Positions 61,075-64,000 of a DNA stretch of 64,000 nt are shown here, one piece after another. A program made the position numbers and the translations under genes. Within the stretch, counting starts at the first letter, position 1. Each line of letters opens with the position of its first letter. The stretch lies in contig CADCIQ010000002.1 in assembly GCA_902801425.1 (NCBI GenBank), positions 16,504 to 80,503 on the forward strand, read 5' to 3'. Below the pieces are notes generated by a model. It did no database searches. It saw only the letters and a list, made by a program, of their open reading frames with translations, and was not told the DNA's origin. Origin of the DNA: an uncultured Bacteroidales bacterium (GTDB taxonomy: Bacteria; Bacteroidota; Bacteroidia; Bacteroidales; Bacteroidaceae).

Positions 61075-61266
61075 TTTTAAGGAGTAATAAGGAGTACAAG
61101 GAGTGCAAGGAGTACAAGACGAATGTTTTGTACGGACTAAGGTCTAAGGACTAAGGCTTTTGACATTTGACCTTTGACTTTTAGCCTTTCAACGATAAGT
61201 ACTATCGTCTTGTACTACTTAAGCGACTTTAGGAGCGTCACTCCTTGTACTACTTGTACTCCTAAA
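61075..61266 (+). repeat. AAGGAGTAC element with nested GACTAAG element (61134-61190)
   Basis: Arms match 33124-33286; loop matches 51149-51210. Confidence 0.85.
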
Positions 61267-61303
61267 AAAGAGTAAAGTAGAAAGAATAAAGTAATAAAAA
61301 AAA

Positions 61304-61453
61304 ATGAATAACGAAGTTTATGCTGCCATCGCTATGGCATTGCATGATGACCTCGGATACAACTTGCATGATAGTGAGTCAGGACGACTCACTATTGTAG
61401 CAAAGGATTCGGAATGGGCATCAAAGGCAGCAAAGATGACAGCAAAGGTATAA
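61304..61453 (+). CDS. 49-aa MmdD/OadG C-terminal-like peptide (not in the ORF track)
   Basis: MNNEVYAAIAMALHDDLGYNLHDSESGRLTIVAKDSEWASKAAKMTAKV; A-rich start; stop 2 nt before the biotin carrier ATG. Confidence 0.75.
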   Translation: MNNEVYAAIAMALHDDLGYNLHDSESGRLTIVAKDSEWASKAAKMTAKV

Positions 61454-61455
61454 AG

Positions 61456-61866
61456 ATGAAACAGTATAAATATCAGATCAACGGCAACAGATACGAGGTG
61501 TCGGTTGAGACTCCTGCCGCTGACGGAACAATCGCAGTTACAGTAAACGGCGAGACATATTCCGTTGTGCGCGAACCAGAGCCTGTAGTAGAGAAGAAAA
61601 AGGTGGTGGTAAAGCCTGTAGCGGCAAAGCCTTCTGCGGGTGGAGACGAGATGCAGGACGCATTACGTTCACCACTTCCAGGAACAGTCATTGAGATTCT
61701 CGCAAAGAGCGGGCAGCAAGTCAAGGAAGGTGATACGCTCATTGTGCTTGAGGCTATGAAGATGAACAATAACCTGACAGCCGAAAAAGACGGCGTGGTG
61801 AAGTCCATTCTCGTAGCAGAAGGTGAGGCGGTGAAGGAGAACACACCACTTGTGACATTCGAATAA
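61456..61866 (+). CDS. mmdC: Biotin carboxyl carrier subunit
   Basis: SPLPG, EAMKM biotinylation motif; start moved to MKQYKY. Confidence 0.88.
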   Translation: MKQYKYQINGNRYEVSVETPAADGTIAVTVNGETYSVVREPEPVVEKKKVVVKPVAAKPSAGGDEMQDALRSPLPGTVIEILAKSGQQVKEGDTLIVLEAMKMNNNLTAEKDGVVKSILVAEGEAVKENTPLVTFE

Positions 61867-62073
61867 AGAGGGGCGTACATAATACGCACGCCCGCAAAAC
61901 AACGAAACATAATGAATTTACAAAATACTGGTATAATGATGTTAAGAGACCTCATTATATCGGTATTTTTTCTTAATTTTGAGTTAATTATCCGTAAAGA
62001 GTAAGGATAATTTGCCTTATTCTCGAGTTTTTTTATTACCTTTGCGCCGTAATTTGCAAATTAGACAAAAGTA

Positions 62074-62859
62074 ATGAAAAAAGTTCTCTTTATCAATCAC
62101 GAGATTTCGCCTTTCGTACCAGACTCAGAGCTTTCGATTATGGGTCGTAGTTTACCACAGGCAATTCAGGATAGCGGATGCGAAATCCGTACATTTATGC
62201 CCAAATGGGGTAATATTAACGAGCGTCGTGGGCAGTTGCATGAGGTGCAGCGTCTGTCAGGTATGAATATTATCATCAATGACACCGACCACCCACTTAT
62301 CATCAAGGTGGCAAGCATCCCACAGACTAAGATACAGGTATATTTTATTGATAACGAGGAGTACTTCATAAAGGCAAAGAGCGATGATGATGTTCCTACA
62401 ACAAGTTGTGGTGAGCGCGCTATTTTCTTCGCTCGTGGCGTGATAGAGACAATGAAGAAGCTTCGCTGGTCTCCTGACGTGATTCATTGTCAAGGCTGGA
62501 TGAGCGCATTCGTTCCTCTCTACATCAAGCAGGCATATCAGGACGAGCCTTCCGTATGCAACGCAAAGATAGTTTCTTCACTCTTCAACAGCACAGAGGA
62601 TATAGTGCTTGAGGATGATCTGAAACAGCGTATTGCATTCAAGGATGTCACAGTTGACAGTCTTTCAGAATACAGCGACAACTTCACAATGACAGACCTT
62701 GCACGTCTGGCTATACAGAACTCAGACGGTGTGATCGCAGGTTCTGCAAATCTGAAGGAGAGCATAATGAAGGAGGTTGAGGCATCAAATGCAAAGTTCC
62801 TGCCTTATGCTGGTGAAGACTTCAAGGACGCATTCCTTGACTTCTACGACACTTTGTAA
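62074..62859 (+). CDS. Glycogen/starch synthase catalytic-domain protein (GT5 N-domain only)
   Basis: EIRTFMPKWG, YFIDNEEYF, PDVIHCQGW. Confidence 0.85.
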   Translation: MKKVLFINHEISPFVPDSELSIMGRSLPQAIQDSGCEIRTFMPKWGNINERRGQLHEVQRLSGMNIIINDTDHPLIIKVASIPQTKIQVYFIDNEEYFIKAKSDDDVPTTSCGERAIFFARGVIETMKKLRWSPDVIHCQGWMSAFVPLYIKQAYQDEPSVCNAKIVSSLFNSTEDIVLEDDLKQRIAFKDVTVDSLSEYSDNFTMTDLARLAIQNSDGVIAGSANLKESIMKEVEASNAKFLPYAGEDFKDAFLDFYDTL

Positions 62860-62915
62860 TTGTAGGCTACAATTACAATTGAAAAAAGAATATTGATAAT
62901 CGACAATTGATAATT

Positions 62916-64000
62916 GTGAAAAAGAATCTTATACTCCCACTCATTGCCCTTGCTGGCATCTTCGCATCATGCGATGACACCACGGACGAGGTGGGTTCTA
63001 CTCTTACCAGTCCGACAGACAGACTGACTGTTGACTATGGTACGTTCGACATAAGCAGCGAGACCGTAAAACTCGACAACGTAATCTCACGTTCATCTAT
63101 CGGTTACCTCGGAAAGCTCAAGGATTCTGAAACAGGATCGTATATCACAGGCAACTTCATTGGGCAGCTACAGTCAATGGAGGGCTACGAGTTTCCTTCT
63201 CGCAACAGTCTTGTACTAAAAAATGGCGAGATCATAGCTGACTCATGCAGGCTATATGTATATTACTCTACCTACACAGGAGACTCTACGGTTTCTATGA
63301 AGTGTAAGCTTCATGAGATGGCAAAGCCACTTAGCGAGGCAGAGACATACAGCGTTGATTTCAAGCCAACATACGAGAATGGCTATCTGCGCAAGAACGG
63401 TCTGACAAAGTCAACGACCTATTCGCTTATCGACTACAGCATCTCCGACTCTATACGCTGGGCAGGTGCATACAGACATTTCAACATCTCCCTGGATGAT
63501 GAATACACAGATGTGGACGGCAACAAATACGCCAACTATGGTACATATATCATGCGTAAGTATTATGAGCCGGGAGGTAGCGAGAAGTTCAAGAATTCAT
63601 ACAACTTCATCCACAACATCTGCCCAGGCTTCTATATCGAGCACACAGGCGGAATAGGTTGTATGGCAAACATAGCCCTCACACAGCTGATTATCTATTT
63701 CAGAGACATCAAGGCTGACACCATACATAATAACGTATCAATATTCGGTGGTACGGAGGAGGTGCTTCAGAAGACAAACTTCACTCAGGACAATGCGGTG
63801 ATAGAAAATCTGAAGGATGAGGGCGATCACACATATCTCAAGACTCCGGCAGGTCTCTATACACAGGTAACGCTTCCTGTGGATAAAGTCTTTAACGGGC
63901 ACGAAAACGACACTCTGAATACTGCACGCGTAACATTCACTCGCGAGAACAACAGTCAGGAGACAAACAGCTACACTATCCCTGTTCCACAACAAGTGAT
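62916..64000 (+). CDS. DUF4270-like lipoprotein (partial, runs off window)
   Basis: GTG start, MKKNLILPLIALAGIFASCDDTT lipobox, GYLGK..D.ETG; usual neighbour of the GT5 gene. Confidence 0.75.
   Translation, partial: MKKNLILPLIALAGIFASCDDTTDEVGSTLTSPTDRLTVDYGTFDISSETVKLDNVISRSSIGYLGKLKDSETGSYITGNFIGQLQSMEGYEFPSRNSLVLKNGEIIADSCRLYVYYSTYTGDSTVSMKCKLHEMAKPLSEAETYSVDFKPTYENGYLRKNGLTKSTTYSLIDYSISDSIRWAGAYRHFNISLDDEYTDVDGNKYANYGTYIMRKYYEPGGSEKFKNSYNFIHNICPGFYIEHTGGIGCMANIALTQLIIYFRDIKADTIHNNVSIFGGTEEVLQKTNFTQDNAVIENLKDEGDHTYLKTPAGLYTQVTLPVDKVFNGHENDTLNTARVTFTRENNSQETNSYTIPVPQQV

Noticed and set aside
901-63995. Numerous short antisense or alternate-frame ORFs in the track (e.g. 10173-10745, 24025-24597, 39219-39884)
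   Set aside because: They overlap well-supported genes and show no recognisable motifs; treated as shadow ORFs

Overview
Chromosomal window from a Bacteroidales bacterium, most likely Prevotella-like (TAnnTTTG promoters, A-rich starts without SD sequences, family-typical genes). It is mostly housekeeping and metabolic: serA/serC, menA, nadC, cstA, kdgK-eda and a LacI regulator-uxaA, hisG-hisD...hisC, smpB, mce-mmdA-mmdC, tRNA-Cys, plus exported peptidases and outer-membrane proteins. No integrase, transposase, reverse transcriptase or CRISPR array was seen. The main unexplained signal is intergenic. Many intra-operon gaps are filled by palindromic elements built from 7-9 nt periodic units, or by GC-rich REP-like doublets. 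They fall into recurring families, nest inside each other, and sometimes supply the upstream stop codon. Two flank four-helix-bundle (23S rRNA IVP/Avd-like) genes, and one of those families also has an empty copy. One four-helix-bundle gene runs into an otherwise intact GGGtGRT gene that has no start codon of its own. Also noted: a candidate 6S-like RNA, two candidate anti-start-region sRNAs, a ~550 bp dispersed inverted repeat with 11-bp arrays, a Bro-N pseudogene, an AT-hook-bearing LacI, a signal-peptide HD-GYP-like protein and a fused exported TldD-TldE. All family assignments are from motif recognition, not database searches.
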